Assembly: GCA_963720755.1 (NCBI GenBank)
Contig: CAVRGP010000011.1
Span: forward strand, 96,001 to 160,000
Length of the DNA stretch: 64,000 nt
Direction: 5' to 3'
Source of the DNA: an uncultured Chloroflexia bacterium
GTDB lineage: Bacteria; Chloroflexota; Limnocylindria; Limnocylindrales; CSP1-4
The first letter of the stretch is position 1; every line of letters starts with the position of its first letter. Positions 61,486 to 64,000 of the stretch are shown piece by piece. The translations under genes were made by a program, and so were the position numbers. The notes under the pieces are model-generated. The model was not told the origin of the DNA, did not search any database, and was given only the letters and a program-made list of their open reading frames with translations.

Positions 61486-62216
61486 CGCCGAGCGGCCCGA
61501 TACCCGACGCCACGGACGGTCGCCACGTAGCGCGGATCCTCAGCGTCGTCCCCGAGCTTGTCGCGCAGGCGCCCGATGTGCACGTCGACGGTCCGATCGA
61601 GCACGTCCGCCTGATCGTGGCCGTAGACCGCGTCGAGCAGCTGATCGCGGGTGAGCACGCGTCCATCGGCCTCGAGGATCGTCTGGAGGAGCCGGAACTC
61701 GACCCGGGTCAACGGGATCTCCCGTCCATCGCGGGTCACCTCGTGACGGTCGAGATCGACGATGAGGTCGCCATGGGACAGCGGCGGGCGGGCGGCGCCA
61801 CCGTCGGTCAGGGCGGCCATCGAGCGTCGCAGGATCGACTTGACCCGCAGGACCAGTTCGGCCGGTGAGAACGGCTTGGGCAGGTAGTCATCGGCGCCGT
61901 CCTCGAGACCCGCGATCCGGTCGATCGTGGACCCACGTGCCGAGAGGATGAGGATCGGGGTGGCTCTCGCCTCGTCATCGCGACGGACCGCTCGGATGAC
62001 GGCGCGTCCGTCGAGCTCCGGGAGCATGAGGTCGAGCACGACGAGGGCCGGTCGGTGGCGCTCGATGGCATCGAGGGCCGATGGACCATCCGCGGCGGTC
62101 ACGACGCTGTAGCCGTCTCGCTCGAGGTAGGTCCGCACCAGCCGGACGATCTTGGCATCGTCGTCGACGACGAGGATCGGGCGGTCGGGGAGTGGCTGGG
62201 CGGTCGGATCGGTCAT
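61482..62216 (-). CDS. OmpR-family response regulator
   Basis: LVVDDD, LDLMLP, GADDY..KPFS, DVHIGRLR.KL and TVRGVGY motifs. Confidence 0.95.
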   Translation of the reverse strand: MTDPTAQPLPDRPILVVDDDAKIVRLVRTYLERDGYSVVTAADGPSALDAIERHRPALVVLDLMLPELDGRAVIRAVRRDDEARATPILILSARGSTIDRIAGLEDGADDYLPKPFSPAELVLRVKSILRRSMAALTDGGAARPPLSHGDLIVDLDRHEVTRDGREIPLTRVEFRLLQTILEADGRVLTRDQLLDAVYGHDQADVLDRTVDVHIGRLRDKLGDDAEDPRYVATVRGVGYRAARR

Positions 62217-62334
62217 CGCATGCATGGTAGGGGAGTGAGGCTACGGTCCTTCCGTGACGGGCCGGTGACGTGGCCGGCCGGCTGCTGCCCGCGGGGCTAC
62301 CCGGCGCTCGCTGCCCGCTGCCACCACCCTGGCG

Positions 62335-62560
62335 CCCGCTGCCCGGCCCGCGCCCCGCTGCCTACCCCGGCCCGCGCCCCGCTGCCTACCCCGGCCCGCG
62401 CCCCGCTGCCTACCCCGGCCCGCGCCCCGCTGCCTACCCCGGCCCGCGCCCCGCTGCCCGGCCCCCGGCCCGCTGCCTACCCCGGCCCGCGCCCCGCTGC
62501 CTACCCCGGCCCGCGCCCCGCTGCCTACCCCGGCCCGCGCCCCGCTGCCTACCCCGGCCC
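62335..62560. repeat. 24-bp C-rich tandem repeat (8 CCTACC-containing units plus partial units)
   Basis: Unit CCCCGCTGCCTACCCCGGCCCGCG, with one interrupted unit near 62453-62471. Confidence 0.95.
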
Positions 62561-62760
62561 GGATGTGGCGTAACGGTCATCCACGGACTGTTATGGCAAG
62601 CGGTGGCGTCCTCGCGGCGATCGAACGCGTGTTTTCGGGTCGTTGGCGCCCGGTGCTGAGCGTGAAGCGAGGGCCACGGCCAGCCCCAGACCCTAGTCCG
62701 ACCGTGGGAAGTGGCCGTAACGGTCCAGTAGTGAATATTCGGCCAGGTTTGCGGCGCGGC

Positions 62761-62887
62761 GCCGGCCAAGTTGCGGCGCCGGCCAAGTTGCGGCGGTGGC
62801 CAAGGTAAGCGGCGCCGGCCAAGTTGCGGCGTCGGCCAAGTTGCGGCGCCGGCCAAGTTGCGGCGCCGGCCAAGTTGCGGCGCCGGC
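62761..62887. repeat. 17-bp tandem repeat (7 units plus a partial)
   Basis: GCCGGCCAAGTTGCGGC at 62761, 62778, 62814, 62848 and 62865; variants at 62795 and 62831. Confidence 0.95.
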
Positions 62888-62891
62888 TCCC

Positions 62892-62920
62892 TTGATTTCA
62901 TCGAACAGATGTTCTATCTT
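62892..62920 (+). promoter_or_regulatory. Promoter with LexA (SOS) box
   Basis: TTGATT-17 nt-TATCTT with GAAC-AGAT-GTTC (62903-62914) in the spacer. Confidence 0.8.
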
Positions 62921-62929
62921 GACCATCCG

Positions 62930-64000
62930 ATGGCGACCCCTTCCCAGGACGTGACGGCAGCCGTGGCGAGCCTCCAGGCTCGCTGGGGAGCGGCAGCTCC
63001 GAGGGTCGCGAGTGGTACGAGGGTCGCAGGAGGTGCGGGGATCACGGACGGGGCACTGGCTCTGGCGCCCACGATGGACCCGGCCCCTGGGCCTGCCACG
63101 ATCCCCACGCCACTCCTCCCGTTCCCGACGGCTGGCGATCGCGTCATCCATACCGGGTTCGCGGCACTCGACGCGATCCTCGGGTCCGGCGGTCTCCCCA
63201 GATCGGCAAGTGTCGCCATCCGCGGCGACGGGTCGAGTGGCCGGACGACCCTCGTCATGCGAGTGGCCGCTGAAGCCCAGGCGCAGGGGTCGATCGTGGC
63301 CTGGCTGGACCTCTCGCGCAGCTTCGATCCGGTCGAAGCGGTCGCCCGGGGTATCCGTCTCGAGTGGCTCGTCGTCGTCACGCCGGTGACGCTGGACGAG
63401 GGTCTGGCCATCGGTGGCGCGCTGCTGGCCGGTCGTTCGGTGGACCTGCTGGTCCTCGATCTGCCGGGCGGTCGACTCGCCCCCACGGACCGGCCGGCTC
63501 GCATCGCGGATCGACTCGGCCGACTGGCCGCACTGGCCCGTCGATCGGAGACGCTCCTCGTCATCCTGGAGCCGCCCGGTCCGACCGGCAGATCCGTCGG
63601 TGGTGCCGCCGGTGGTCTGGCCACCGCGGTCGCCGAGTCGACCGGCGTCCGGCTCGAGCTGGCCCGGCGGTCGTGGATCCGGCTCGGTCGGGACATCGTC
63701 GGCCAGCGGACGGAGGCCCTGGTCGCCCGTAACCGCTATGGGCCGCCCGGGAGACGGGCGATCCTCCGGATCCTGTACGCGGAGGGCGGGGAGCGCGATG
63801 CCTGCCTCGCCCGCGACGACCTCCTCATCGATCAAGCCCCCGCGATCCAGCTCGAACGGACCCACCGCGATGCGACTCCTCCATCTCTATCGACCTCATC
63901 TCCCCCTCGAGCTCGCTCGGGCGCGGGCCTCCGAGCCCTTCCCGTCCGGTCCGCTCATCCTGGGCGGCCGGCCATGGGACTCGGGTCCGGTCATCGACGC
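62930..64000 (+). CDS. RecA-like ImuA-type protein (no stop within the window)
   Basis: Manual translation: TGFAALDAILGSGGLP, degenerate Walker A GDGSSGRTT, AWLD..SFDP, DLLVLD. Absent from the ORF track. Confidence 0.8.
   Translation, partial: MATPSQDVTAAVASLQARWGAAAPRVASGTRVAGGAGITDGALALAPTMDPAPGPATIPTPLLPFPTAGDRVIHTGFAALDAILGSGGLPRSASVAIRGDGSSGRTTLVMRVAAEAQAQGSIVAWLDLSRSFDPVEAVARGIRLEWLVVVTPVTLDEGLAIGGALLAGRSVDLLVLDLPGGRLAPTDRPARIADRLGRLAALARRSETLLVILEPPGPTGRSVGGAAGGLATAVAESTGVRLELARRSWIRLGRDIVGQRTEALVARNRYGPPGRRAILRILYAEGGERDACLARDDLLIDQAPAIQLERTHRDATPPSLSTSSPPRARSGAGLRALPVRSAHPGRPAMGLGSGHRR
63870..64000 (+). CDS. Probable ImuB/Y-family polymerase-like protein (5' fragment)
   Basis: MRLLHLYRPHLPLELAR...PLILGGRPW..GPVID; position after the RecA-like gene. 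Confidence 0.55.
   Translation, partial: MRLLHLYRPHLPLELARARASEPFPSGPLILGGRPWDSGPVID

Noticed and set aside
62335-62887. CRISPR array
   Set aside because: Units are head-to-tail with no unique spacers, and no cas genes are present.
62055-62901. Repeat-peptide ORFs (PAAYPGPR, APLPTPAR, PQLGRRRNLAG)
   Set aside because: All frames stay open only because the GC-rich repeats lack stops; there is no SD and no preferred frame.

Overview
High-GC bacterial DNA. A Chloroflexota origin (possibly Limnocylindria) is an inference from the GAAC-N4-GTTC SOS box, gene content and frequent leaderless starts, not a database result. 1-34 kb is mostly core genome: corA, a full pentose-phosphate operon (tkt-rpiB-pgi-gnd-zwf-opcA-pgl-hydrolase) followed by citrate synthase and divergent from a PfkB kinase plus psuG, a Phd/VapC toxin-antitoxin pair, pyrG, transaldolase, nagA, rho, a LysM-M23 peptidase, obgE-nadD-rsfS and comEA-comEC-holA. 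34.3-51.5 kb is accessory. A ~4.7 kb, partly low-GC island (peptidase-like operon, lipoprotein, Abi/HEPN-like gene) is bracketed by two copies of a box + promoter + hairpin element, one copy lying directly upstream of comEA. It is followed by two ECF sigma/anti-sigma pairs, a CGNR regulator with microproteins, an LLM oxidoreductase with a duplicated 5' end and beta-propeller lipoproteins. Frameshifts are dense in 42.3-51.5 kb and may be sequencing error. 51.5-64 kb holds leuS, two tRNA-Ala genes, a D-aminoacylase, arsR/arsM, a two-component system and two tandem-repeat arrays ahead of a LexA-boxed imuA-imuB-like cassette. No CRISPR array, integrase or transposase was seen. All product calls come from motif recognition by eye.
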